A stretch of 64,000 bases of DNA, taken from Candidatus Aenigmatarchaeota archaeon. Its GTDB lineage: Archaea; Aenigmatarchaeota; Aenigmatarchaeia; QMZP01; QMZT01. The stretch is from the NCBI GenBank assembly GCA_043808015.1, contig JAZDFI010000007.1, positions 930-64,929 on the forward strand, read 5' to 3'. The position numbers and the translations under genes were made by a program. The notes under the pieces were generated by a model. The model was given only the letters and a program-made list of their open reading frames with translations. It searched no databases and had not been told where the DNA came from. Shown here piece by piece: positions 36,695-44,977 of the stretch; within the stretch, counting starts at the first letter, position 1, and each line of letters begins with the position of its first letter.

Positions 36695-37375
36695 TTATTG
36701 CAATTTATCTTTTAAAAGTAATTCTCCGTTGGCTTCTGTCCTGATCCTGACCAGATCCTTGAGCTGATCCCTGGTGACAATGCTTATCATGGCTCCGCTG
36801 CTGCCAGGCAAGAGAAGTTCCATGTCAGAGAAATCGAGGCCTTCGGCTATTTTCCTGAATTTTTCCACGTATGCATTTTTTTCCTCGGGTTTTTTGTCGG
36901 AGAACCCCCAGAACGGGTCAAAAACGAACCAGCTGCCGTCGTCCATGGAAACTTCATTTAACGCATGAAACCTGAATCTATTCTTTGTGATAAGCCTTTC
37001 AAAGTCCACGTTTTCGGTATATTTTACCGGAATATCAAAGGCCCTGATAAGCGTGGCGGCAAGCAGCGCGTAATCCAGGCAGTTATGGGCAAAGCCTCTC
37101 GGCGTTCCCGGCTCGCCGTATTTGCCGGCAGACTCTATCACCTGCGAGATTGTCCTTTCCCTGCCGAGTCGACCGCCTATGTTGTTTTTGGTCTCGAAAT
37201 TCCGGCCCATAAAACTTCTAACGCCCGCCATAACGGCGCGCTTGTGCGACAGGCCTGAATCGCTTTTGCTCCTGTAAGAAGTGTTATATATGTAGTCTGC
37301 CGCACGCTTCACTACCTCGTCTCTCTGCGAAAATCTTCCCTCGCCGAGATAGTAAGATGCGTTGTATGGACTCAT
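36695..37375 (-). CDS. Transglutaminase-like cysteine protease-fold protein
   Basis: GFAHNCLDYALLAATLIRAFDIPV (Cys), HALNEV (His), FDPFW (Asp) with the spacing of the transglutaminase-like superfamily. Confidence 0.6.
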   Translation of the reverse strand: MSPYNASYYLGEGRFSQRDEVVKRAADYIYNTSYRSKSDSGLSHKRAVMAGVRSFMGRNFETKNNIGGRLGRERTISQVIESAGKYGEPGTPRGFAHNCLDYALLAATLIRAFDIPVKYTENVDFERLITKNRFRFHALNEVSMDDGSWFVFDPFWGFSDKKPEEKNAYVEKFRKIAEGLDFSDMELLLPGSSGAMISIVTRDQLKDLVRIRTEANGELLLKDKLQ

Positions 37376-37455
37376 ATTACTACTTATAAGTTAATAATTT
37401 ATAAACACTGTTTTGGCTGAAATCCGGCTAAAATTCAGCCATGAAAAAGAAAATA

Positions 37456-37577
37456 CGCTGGGAGCAGGATTTGAACCTGCGCGGGCAGAAGCCCAATGGA
37501 TTTCACGCAATCACAGGCTTTCGCCTCTTCTTATCCATTCGAGTCCATCGCCTTGAACCTAGCTCGGCCATCCCAGC
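37456..37577 (-). tRNA. tRNA-Ser(CGA) with about 36-nt intron in the anticodon loop
   Basis: Type II: acceptor GCUGGGA/UCCCAGC+G, D-arm GCC-GAGCUAGGUUCAAG-GCG, anticodon stem AUGGA/UCCAU with loop CUCGAA(U), variable arm GGGC-UUCU-GCCC, T-arm GCAGG-UUCAAAU-CCUGC. Confidence 0.7.
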
Positions 37578-37644
37578 ATTGTTTAGTGTTATGCTCCAGT
37601 TTGCAGTTTTACAGTATTTATTATAAATCTCTTTTATATTAGTT

Positions 37645-37845
37645 ATGAAAATCATCGCCGAGTTCCAGGGCAGGAAACACACGCTCGTCCTGCCGGATAA
37701 AGCGAAAGCGATAGACGCCGTGCAAAAGCTCGGCGTGAACCCGGAAACAGTCCTCGTCAAGCGCGGCAGGGAGATAATAACTGACGACGAGCCGCTGGCG
37801 AACAACGATAAAATAGAGCTGATAAAAGTCGTTTCAGGCGGATGA
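37645..37845 (+). CDS. samp: Ubiquitin-like small archaeal modifier protein / MoaD-ThiS-like sulfur carrier (C-terminal GG)
   Basis: 66 aa, beta-grasp-like pattern, ends ...ELIKVVSGG*. TATA-like cttttatatt upstream. NcsA/TtuA homolog two genes away. Confidence 0.75.
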   Translation: MKIIAEFQGRKHTLVLPDKAKAIDAVQKLGVNPETVLVKRGREIITDDEPLANNDKIELIKVVSGG

Positions 37846-38796
37846 TTGCCCGGCCATGAAGCCGAGCGCCTTTTCAGCGAGCGTGTTGTAAATCCTGATC
37901 TCGTCTTTTGTAAGCTCGTAAATCCGCCCTCCGGGCAGATACATTTTGTTGGCGAATCTTTGCTCGTATATGGGGTGGCACGTCTCGCCGAAAAGATCGT
38001 CGAGGAAGCTGTATATGCCAAGCACCTGGAACGAAACCGGATCCTGCGGTGAATACTCCAGTAGCGTGTTTCTGATGTCAACTTTGTGGTGCGGGTATGG
38101 CTTTTCCTTGTATTCGAGATGTGGTTGGTCAAGTTGTCTCATCACTATGTTTGCTCTGCCCATCTGTCGTTCTCGTCTGCTTTCGTCTCCCATGAGCACG
38201 AGCCTTATCTTGGCCCAGTCGTTTATCGAGGCCACGTTTCTCACGTAGTCCCTGATTGCCTTCGGGTCCTCGAGGCCTTCTGCCGGCGCGCTTTTGTAAT
38301 GGGCTACTCTTTTGGCCACCTTGCGCACGCCCCTGTCCGTCATCTTAAGGCCTGTGAAAATCATCATGTTCTCCTTTGCAGGCACGCACAATTTCAGGTT
38401 GAGGTTTTCCCCGGAAAGGTAAGGTGTTTTTTCATTTTTCATTCTTGCCTGTTCGTCATCGAGAAGCCTCTTGTAGTGTGAAAGGTCCGCGTCGAGGTTG
38501 TACGCAGTTTTGCCTATCCTGTCAATCATTCTCTTTCTGAAAGCGTGATAATTGGCGAATTTTTCTTCTTCCTTGGATGCACAGTGGTTGCCCATGAGCA
38601 TGCCGCCGATGCGCTGCACGTTTTCCAGGTTCTCGTGCCTCCTTTCTTCGAGCTGCTTTCTTATGATATCACCGTGGGACGAAGCGATGCCTATGCCCCA
38701 AGGGTCCATTACCTCCATCATGAGCTGGGACGTGTTGAGCGTTTCGAGGTATTTCTTCACGTCTTCCTCATGCCTAGGTAGTTCTATTTCTGACAT
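37834..38796 (-). CDS. Hypothetical protein (320 aa), convergent with samp and divergent from ncsA
   Basis: Long ORF with native codon usage. No family recognised. Confidence 0.5.
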   Translation of the reverse strand: MSEIELPRHEEDVKKYLETLNTSQLMMEVMDPWGIGIASSHGDIIRKQLEERRHENLENVQRIGGMLMGNHCASKEEEKFANYHAFRKRMIDRIGKTAYNLDADLSHYKRLLDDEQARMKNEKTPYLSGENLNLKLCVPAKENMMIFTGLKMTDRGVRKVAKRVAHYKSAPAEGLEDPKAIRDYVRNVASINDWAKIRLVLMGDESRRERQMGRANIVMRQLDQPHLEYKEKPYPHHKVDIRNTLLEYSPQDPVSFQVLGIYSFLDDLFGETCHPIYEQRFANKMYLPGGRIYELTKDEIRIYNTLAEKALGFMAGQSSA

Positions 38797-38879
38797 AATT
38801 TTAGTATGTTTTAGTAGTTAATAAAGCTTCATTTTAGCTTCGGGGCGGCATTTTTATATAATCCGCGCCTTCTCTAATT

Positions 38880-39830
38880 ATGGCCAAAATAAAGAGCGGA
38901 TTCGCATCCGCAACATGCACAAAATGCGGGAAAAAAGCGGTATACCACAGGCGATACGAGGGGACGTATCTCTGCCGCGGCCACTTCATCCAGAGCGTGG
39001 AAGACAAGGTGCGCAAGACCATGCGCAAGGGCAGGATGATAGGGCACGGAGAGACTGTCGCCTTCGCCGTTTCAGGAGGCAAGGATTCGACGGCCGCGTT
39101 GTACATGCTGCACAAAATCCTGCGCAAGCGGCGAGACGTAGCGATGTTTGCCATAACCATAGACGAGGGCATCCCCGGTTACCGCGACGAGAGCCTGAAA
39201 ATCGCGGGCAAGCTGTGCAAAAAACTCGGCATAAAGCATCATGTTTTTTCATTCGAAAGCGAGTTCGCCAGGCCGCTGAGCGACGTCGTCAAGGGTCTTA
39301 AAAAATCCGGCAAGTGGGAGGGGACGGCATGCACCTATTGCGGGCTCGCCCGCCGCTGGCTGCTGAACAGGAAAGCGAGGGAGCTTGGGGCGAACAAGAT
39401 CGTGTTCGGCATGAACCTCGACGACGAGGTGCAGGGCATAATGATGGACTACATACGCGGCGACCTGATGCGCCTGGCGCGCATGGGAGGCGAGCCGCTG
39501 GTCCAGAGCAGGCTTTTCGTGCCGCGCATAAAGCCTTTCCGCGAAATCCCGGAGCGCGAGATCGGGCTTTACGCCATACTAAACGGACTCGAAATACAGG
39601 AGAACGAGTGCCCTTATATCGAAGGGCCGCGGTTCAAGGTGCGCGACTTCCTGAACACGCTCGAATCAGAGAGCCCGGGCACGAAATTCTCGGTGCTCAA
39701 CACGTTCCTGCGCTTGGCTCCTGGCATACGAGACGTCATAAAGCGCGACGGCTTCGAGCTGCTGCGCTGCGAGAAGTGCGGCGAGCCCAGCTCGCAGAAG
39801 GTATGCAAGACGTGCGAGCTGTGGAGATAG
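38880..39830 (+). CDS. ncsA: NcsA/TtuA/Ncs6-family tRNA 2-thiolation protein (PP-loop ATPase with Zn fingers and Fe-S Cys)
   Basis: N-terminal CTKCG...CRGH zinc finger, PP-loop SGGKDS, CTYCG Fe-S ligands, C-terminal CEKCG...CKTC. Confidence 0.8.
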   Translation: MAKIKSGFASATCTKCGKKAVYHRRYEGTYLCRGHFIQSVEDKVRKTMRKGRMIGHGETVAFAVSGGKDSTAALYMLHKILRKRRDVAMFAITIDEGIPGYRDESLKIAGKLCKKLGIKHHVFSFESEFARPLSDVVKGLKKSGKWEGTACTYCGLARRWLLNRKARELGANKIVFGMNLDDEVQGIMMDYIRGDLMRLARMGGEPLVQSRLFVPRIKPFREIPEREIGLYAILNGLEIQENECPYIEGPRFKVRDFLNTLESESPGTKFSVLNTFLRLAPGIRDVIKRDGFELLRCEKCGEPSSQKVCKTCELWR

Positions 39831-39900
39831 CCGCCTGAACGGTCAAAAACGGCTAAATAACCTTTTTAAATATATTTTCACTATTTAATGATGATAACAT

Positions 39901-40179
39901 ATGGACACGATGAAAAAATACAGAATGCCCAATAATTTAACACAAATAACAATCAATGGCATCACGATACCGCTGAACCAAGAAGCGAATATGCTGATTT
40001 TGCAGTATGATGATGTTTCAATCGGAATATATCAGCAGAGAGTTGTAGACCATCCGGAAACAGGAAAGATAGATGGCGTTGCCCAGAATTTCGGCCACAA
40101 CGTAAGGAAAATCGGCATTGAATACAAAGAAAATCTTATGCAATTTCTCAGAGAGAATGAATTCGTAGAAATAATATAA
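39901..40179 (+). CDS. Hypothetical protein on an AT-rich islet
   Basis: 92 aa ORF in an about 380-bp segment of markedly lower GC than flanks. Confidence 0.35.
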   Translation: MDTMKKYRMPNNLTQITINGITIPLNQEANMLILQYDDVSIGIYQQRVVDHPETGKIDGVAQNFGHNVRKIGIEYKENLMQFLRENEFVEII

Positions 40180-40213
40180 GCAACTTATTAAATCATCGTT
40201 TAATCTTATTCTC

Positions 40214-40849
40214 ATGCAATACGAAGATGCGAATGCGTCCAGTAAAAAAATAATCCAGCGGGGCGCTGAGGCGATTCTCTACATGAGAGACGGCGAGCTG
40301 GTGAAGGAGCGCGTCGCCAAAGGCTATCGAATAGCACAGCTCGACGTGAAGATACGCAGACAGCGGACGCGCGCCGAAGCGAAGCTCATGGAGCGGGCGA
40401 GGACGAGCGAGGTGAAGGTCCCGCACGTGCGCATCGAGGGCGACTACTCGCTCGTCATGGATTACATAAACGGCAGGAAACTTAAGGACGTTCTCAACGC
40501 GATGGACACGGAGACGCGCAGTAAGACGTGCGAGGAAGTCGGCGCGCTTATCGCTGGCCTCCACATCGCGGGCATCATACACGGCGACCTGACGACCTCG
40601 AACATGATTCTGAGCGGAAGCGATAACCGCGTTTACCTTATAGACTTCGGCCTCGGGAAATTCTCGCAATCGGCCGAGGACCGCGCGGTAGACCTTTTCC
40701 TGCTTTATGAAGCGCTGAAATCCACGCATTTCGTCATTCTCGACGAATGCTGGGAAAGCGTGCTGGCCGCTTATGTGGATTGTTTTACTGCTTCGAAAGA
40801 CGTCCTGGCGAGGATGGAAACTATTAAAAAAAGGCGAAGATATAAATAA
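40214..40849 (+). CDS. bud32: KEOPS kinase Bud32 (RIO-type)
   Basis: IIHGDLTTSNMIL (catalytic loop) and YLIDFGLGK (DFG). Short 211-aa atypical kinase as in archaeal Bud32. Confidence 0.8.
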   Translation: MQYEDANASSKKIIQRGAEAILYMRDGELVKERVAKGYRIAQLDVKIRRQRTRAEAKLMERARTSEVKVPHVRIEGDYSLVMDYINGRKLKDVLNAMDTETRSKTCEEVGALIAGLHIAGIIHGDLTTSNMILSGSDNRVYLIDFGLGKFSQSAEDRAVDLFLLYEALKSTHFVILDECWESVLAAYVDCFTASKDVLARMETIKKRRRYK

Positions 40850-40926
40850 GTATCCTTTTATATAATGTGTATATCTATAATAACCAATAAAATTATCATT
40901 TAGGATTCAGGATTGCAGGTGGAAAA

Positions 40927-41811
40927 GTGACTAAAAAGAAACTCAAGCATGAAGAAACCGGAGCGGAAATGGAGAAGAAGGAAGAAAACCTGGAAGACGC
41001 AGCCCAGGAAACTGCCCAGACCGAACTCGAAGTTGCAGAGGAGAAAGTCCAGGAAGCTGTCGAGGGAACGGCCGAGAAAAAGGAAGCCGTGACCGAAGAG
41101 GTTGAGGAGCAGATAAAGAAAGGCCCCGAATACGATTCGCCGCAGAGGCGAAGGGCTGTGGAAAGGGTTTCCTCATGGATGCCGAGGACTGAACTGGGAA
41201 AAGAAGTGGTCAGCGGCAAGTTCAAGGACATCAAAGACCTGCTTTCAAAAGGCAAAATAATTCTCGAGTCACAGATTGTCGATTATCTTGTTCCGGACCT
41301 GCAGGAAGAGCTTATTCACATAGGCGGCACGCCCGGCAAGGGAGGCGGTATTCGCAGGACGCCTACCAGAATGACAGCCAGGATGCACAAATCGGGCAGG
41401 AGATTCAAGCTCACAGCGGTCGTCGCAGTAGGGAATGGCGACGGTGTTATAGGCATAGGCAAGGCCTCGTCAAACGAACACAGGACTGCTATCGAAAAAG
41501 CGTTGCAACAGGCGAAACTGAGCGTCATAAGCGTCCGCAGGGGCTGCGGCTCGTGGGAGTGCAACTGCGGCGGGGCGCATTCTATTCCTTTCAAGACGAG
41601 GGGCAAGACAGGCTCCGTCGTGATAGTGCTCACGCCCACGCCGATGGGTGTAGGCATAGTGGCCGACAAGGAAAGCAAGAAGATGCTCAAGCTCGCCGGC
41701 GTAAAAGACATCCGCTCAAAGATTTCAGGCCAGTCGTGCACGAGGATAAACCTCGCACTGGCTATGTTCGAGGCCCTGAAGAACCTGAGCAGGACGAAGG
41801 GTGATATCTGA
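40927..41811 (+). CDS. rps5: Ribosomal protein S5 (uS5) with acidic N-terminal extension
   Basis: GGIRRTPTRMTARMHKSGRRFKLTAVVAVGNGDGVIGIGKAS...GSVVIV. GTG start at 40927 preceded by aggtgg SD. ATG alternative at 40969. Confidence 0.9.
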   Translation: MTKKKLKHEETGAEMEKKEENLEDAAQETAQTELEVAEEKVQEAVEGTAEKKEAVTEEVEEQIKKGPEYDSPQRRRAVERVSSWMPRTELGKEVVSGKFKDIKDLLSKGKIILESQIVDYLVPDLQEELIHIGGTPGKGGGIRRTPTRMTARMHKSGRRFKLTAVVAVGNGDGVIGIGKASSNEHRTAIEKALQQAKLSVISVRRGCGSWECNCGGAHSIPFKTRGKTGSVVIVLTPTPMGVGIVADKESKKMLKLAGVKDIRSKISGQSCTRINLALAMFEALKNLSRTKGDI

Positions 41812-42242
41812 TGATGATAGCTGTCATAAGGGTCCGCGGCACAGTCGACAAGAAAAAGGAAATCAACGACACGATGAAGATGATGCGCCTCACGCGCGTG
41901 AACCACTGCGTCATCGTCAGGAAAGAGCCGCAGATCGAGGGTATGATAAAAAAGGTCAAGGACTTCGTCACGTGGGGCGAGATCAGCGAGGCGACGCTCG
42001 AGAAGCTGGTCGCTGCCCGCGGCCGCATGGAAGGCGACAGGAAGCTTGACGAAACAACTGCGAAAGAAATCGCCGGCACTATAAAGAAAAATAAAAACAT
42101 GAATGGTATCAAGGGTTTCAAGCCTCTTTTCAGGCTCAGCCCGCCGAAGAAGGGATACGAAGGCATTAAGCGCGCGTTCCCGAAGGGCGCGCTGGGCTAC
42201 AGGGGCGACAAGATAAACAAGCTTATTGAAAGGATGATGTAA
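41811..42242 (+). CDS. rpl30: Ribosomal protein L30 (uL30)
   Basis: IAVIRVRGTVDKKKEINDTMKMMRLTRVNHCVIV... as in the archaeal L30 family. Starts directly at the S5 stop. Confidence 0.85.
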   Translation: MMIAVIRVRGTVDKKKEINDTMKMMRLTRVNHCVIVRKEPQIEGMIKKVKDFVTWGEISEATLEKLVAARGRMEGDRKLDETTAKEIAGTIKKNKNMNGIKGFKPLFRLSPPKKGYEGIKRAFPKGALGYRGDKINKLIERMM

Positions 42243-42668
42243 ATGGCGAACAGGAAAAAGAAGATAGAAAAGAAGCGCGGCACGCGCACATGCGGCTACG
42301 GCGGCATGCGCAAGCGAAGGGGTAAAGGCGTGCGCGGCGGCAAGGGTTACTCCGGCGGTTTCAAGCACATGAAGTCATGGCTTCAAAAGCATGAGCCGAA
42401 CCATCTCGGCAAGCGCGGCTTCACGCCCAAGAGCGACAAATGCGTCAAGGAAGTGAGGTTCATCAACCTCAGCAGCCTCGAAGATCTGGCGCTGAAAAAC
42501 GGCAAGACCGAGATAAACCTGGCTGAATTCGGCTTCGACAAGGTCCTCGGCTCCGGCTTGATAACAAAGGCTTTGTCAGTGACGGCGAAGGCGTTCTCGG
42601 TGCACGCGAAGGAAAAGATAGAGGAAGCCGGCGGCAAGGCCATCGCAGAAGGCGAAGGCAGCGAGTGA
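42243..42668 (+). CDS. rpl15: Ribosomal protein L15 (uL15)
   Basis: KKKRGTRTCGYGGMRKRRGKGVRGGKGYSGGFKHM... is the Gly/basic-rich L15 N-terminus. Confidence 0.9.
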   Translation: MANRKKKIEKKRGTRTCGYGGMRKRRGKGVRGGKGYSGGFKHMKSWLQKHEPNHLGKRGFTPKSDKCVKEVRFINLSSLEDLALKNGKTEINLAEFGFDKVLGSGLITKALSVTAKAFSVHAKEKIEEAGGKAIAEGEGSE

Positions 42669-42678
42669 TTTTTTCATA

Positions 42679-42819
42679 ATGCACGCCAAGAAATGCCCGG
42701 TATGCGGGTCGGATGACATAACTTTCTGGATGGGCGCGAAGCTGGGCGTCCAGTACGCGTGCAAGAAATGCGGTTACCACGGACCGCTGATAGTTGAAGA
42801 AGACCTCCGCGAAAAATGA
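42679..42819 (+). CDS. Small zinc-ribbon protein (46 aa) between rpl15 and secY, not in ORF track
   Basis: MHAKKCPVCGSDDITFWMGAKLGVQYACKKCGYHG has CxxC-x17-CxxC. Confidence 0.45.
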   Translation: MHAKKCPVCGSDDITFWMGAKLGVQYACKKCGYHGPLIVEEDLREK

Positions 42820-42916
42820 ACAAAACCTATTTTAGCAAACCTTATAAATATATTTATCAATTTAACAGAATAATTGAATTTAACTTAATCAGTAAATACT
42901 TGATTTAGGTTTTTGC

Positions 42917-44464
42917 ATGGGACTTGAAGATGGATATATCGGCGTGCTGAAGAGGCTGCCAGGCGTATCAGAGCCTCTGAAGCGACAGAGTTTCAAGGAA
43001 AAGCTGAAGTGGACGGGCATCGCGCTGCTGATTTACTTCGCGATGACGCAGGTCACCATCTTCGGCATATCGAAGACGAACTACGAATATTTCAAATACC
43101 TTGAAATCCTGCTCGGCTCGACCTTCGGCTCGCTGGTCACCTTGGGTATCGGCCCCATAGTCACGGCGTCCATTATTCTTCAGCTGCTTGTCGGCTCCAA
43201 GATAATACCATGGAACCTCGCGGAGCAGAAGGGCAAGACTCTTTTCCAGGGCACGCAGAAGCTTCTCGCCATAGCGCTCTGCCTCATAGAAGGTTATGTT
43301 TACGTAGCCTTCGGCGCGATAAGCGCTGCGTCCGGAATGGCTCCTCTGGTTGTGTTACAACTAGCGATGGGCGGATGGATAGTCCTGTTCATGGACGAGG
43401 TCGTCTCGAAATGGGGCTTCGGCTCGGGCATAAGCCTTTTCATAGTCGCCGGCGTAGCGAAGACGATGGTCATCCGCGCCTTCAATCCCCTCACGTCGGA
43501 CGGCTCGATTTCGACGGGCATCCAGAACCCGCCGTCTGGAGCGATACCCAACGCAGCCGTCCTCATGGGCGCGGGCGAACCGCTCAGCGCGTTCTTAGTC
43601 CTTCTTCCCGTCATAGCGACGGTGATCGTTTTCCTGTTAGTCGTTTACGTTCAGGCTATTCGCGTCGAGATTCCGCTCGCTTTTTCGACGGTGCGCGGCT
43701 TCGGCAGGCGCTGGCCTCTCAAGTTCCTTTACACTTCAAACATCCCGGTCATACTCATAGGCGCGCTGCTGGCGAACGTGCAGGTGTTTGCTAAGATGCT
43801 CGCGCAGCAGGGCGGCAACGAATGGCTCGGCACCTTCGATACGAGCGGCCAGATAACCGGAGGCCTGATATTTTTCCTTTCACATCCGCGAACGACCGCG
43901 ATTGCGGGCACGATGATATCAATAGGCCTTTTCGCTTTGCTCGGGGCGCTGCTCGTTTATTACACCAAGAAGAAGATGAGCGCCGGCATTAAGATAGTGT
44001 TCGGCTTCGGCGTGCTGGGTGCGCTTGTGTGGTATTTCTCCATGCTTTCCATGGGTCTGACGTCGCTGGTCAACATAGCCCCCATAGACATAGTCAGGCT
44101 CATAACGTACGCGCTGTTCATGATAGTCGGCTCGGTCATATTCTCGTATTTCTGGGTCAGCACTGCGGGCATGGACTCCAAGACAGTCGCGTCGCAGATA
44201 GAATCGACGGGCATGCAAATCCCGGGCTTCAGGCGCGACATCAGGATTATAGAAAAGGTGCTGGACCGTTACATACCTGCGCTTTCCGTGCTTGGTGGTG
44301 CGACTGTCGGGTTCCTTGCTTCGTTCGCCGACTTCACAGACGCGCTCGGAACTGGAACCGGCATACTTTTGGCAGTCATGATAATATACCAGCTTTACGA
44401 GCAGATATCGATGCAGCACATGGAAGACATGCACCCGGCCCTCAAGAGATTCTTCTCGAAGTAA
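42917..44464 (+). CDS. secY: Preprotein translocase SecY
   Basis: 10-TM topology with conserved SecY segments (GIGPIVTASIILQLL, plug region, C-terminal half). 515 aa. Confidence 0.95.
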   Translation: MGLEDGYIGVLKRLPGVSEPLKRQSFKEKLKWTGIALLIYFAMTQVTIFGISKTNYEYFKYLEILLGSTFGSLVTLGIGPIVTASIILQLLVGSKIIPWNLAEQKGKTLFQGTQKLLAIALCLIEGYVYVAFGAISAASGMAPLVVLQLAMGGWIVLFMDEVVSKWGFGSGISLFIVAGVAKTMVIRAFNPLTSDGSISTGIQNPPSGAIPNAAVLMGAGEPLSAFLVLLPVIATVIVFLLVVYVQAIRVEIPLAFSTVRGFGRRWPLKFLYTSNIPVILIGALLANVQVFAKMLAQQGGNEWLGTFDTSGQITGGLIFFLSHPRTTAIAGTMISIGLFALLGALLVYYTKKKMSAGIKIVFGFGVLGALVWYFSMLSMGLTSLVNIAPIDIVRLITYALFMIVGSVIFSYFWVSTAGMDSKTVASQIESTGMQIPGFRRDIRIIEKVLDRYIPALSVLGGATVGFLASFADFTDALGTGTGILLAVMIIYQLYEQISMQHMEDMHPALKRFFSK

Positions 44465-44509
44465 AAGCAACCGGAACGCCGTGTTTTTAGCGGTTGCGGA
44501 TTTGATAGA

Positions 44510-44974
44510 ATGAAAAAACCAAAAATAGCCATCAAGAATCCCCGCGATGGAAAAATCGCCGAACTAGCAAAGAAGACCGGCCACAAGGTGCTGGCAACGT
44601 GGGCCCTTGACTGCGCCGAGCGCGTATTGCCTTATTTTGAGAGCAAGTATCCGGAAGACGAACGTCCGCGGACCGCGATTGAAGCGGGCCGGGCCTGGGT
44701 CAGGACGGGTGTGTTCAGTATGGCGGTAATACGCAAGGCAGCGCTTGATTCGCATGCCGCGGCACGCGAGGCGAAGGATGATGCAGCCCACTCAGCCGCC
44801 CGCGCCGCAGGACAAGCCGTCGCGGCAGCGCACGTCCCTGCTCACGCTCTCGCCGCCGCAGCATATGCGGCCACTGTTATTCGTGACGCCGAACCAGCGG
44901 GTGACGCTGCTGTGGCCAAAGAACGGGAATGGCAGTATCAGCATTTGGTAAAACTTGGAAAAATAAAAAAATAA
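44510..44974 (+). CDS. Ala-rich all-alpha protein resembling bacterial Imm5-like putative immunity proteins
   Basis: LATWALDCAERVLPYFE...DERPRTAIEAGRAWVRT...AAHSAARAAGQAVAAAHVPAHALAAAAYAATV pattern recalled from the actinobacterial Imm-5-like family. About 68% GC, Ala-rich, atypical for this window. Confidence 0.4.
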   Translation: MKKPKIAIKNPRDGKIAELAKKTGHKVLATWALDCAERVLPYFESKYPEDERPRTAIEAGRAWVRTGVFSMAVIRKAALDSHAAAREAKDDAAHSAARAAGQAVAAAHVPAHALAAAAYAATVIRDAEPAGDAAVAKEREWQYQHLVKLGKIKK

Positions 44975-44977
44975 TTA

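Noticed and set aside
37441-37626. 61-aa plus-strand ORF MKKKIRWEQDLNLRGQK...
   Set aside because: Lies entirely over the intron-containing tRNA-Ser gene on the opposite strand.
41316-42368. 350-aa minus-strand ORF antisense to rps5-rpl30-rpl15
   Set aside because: Overlaps three well-conserved ribosomal protein genes. Proline/Ala-rich shadow translation.
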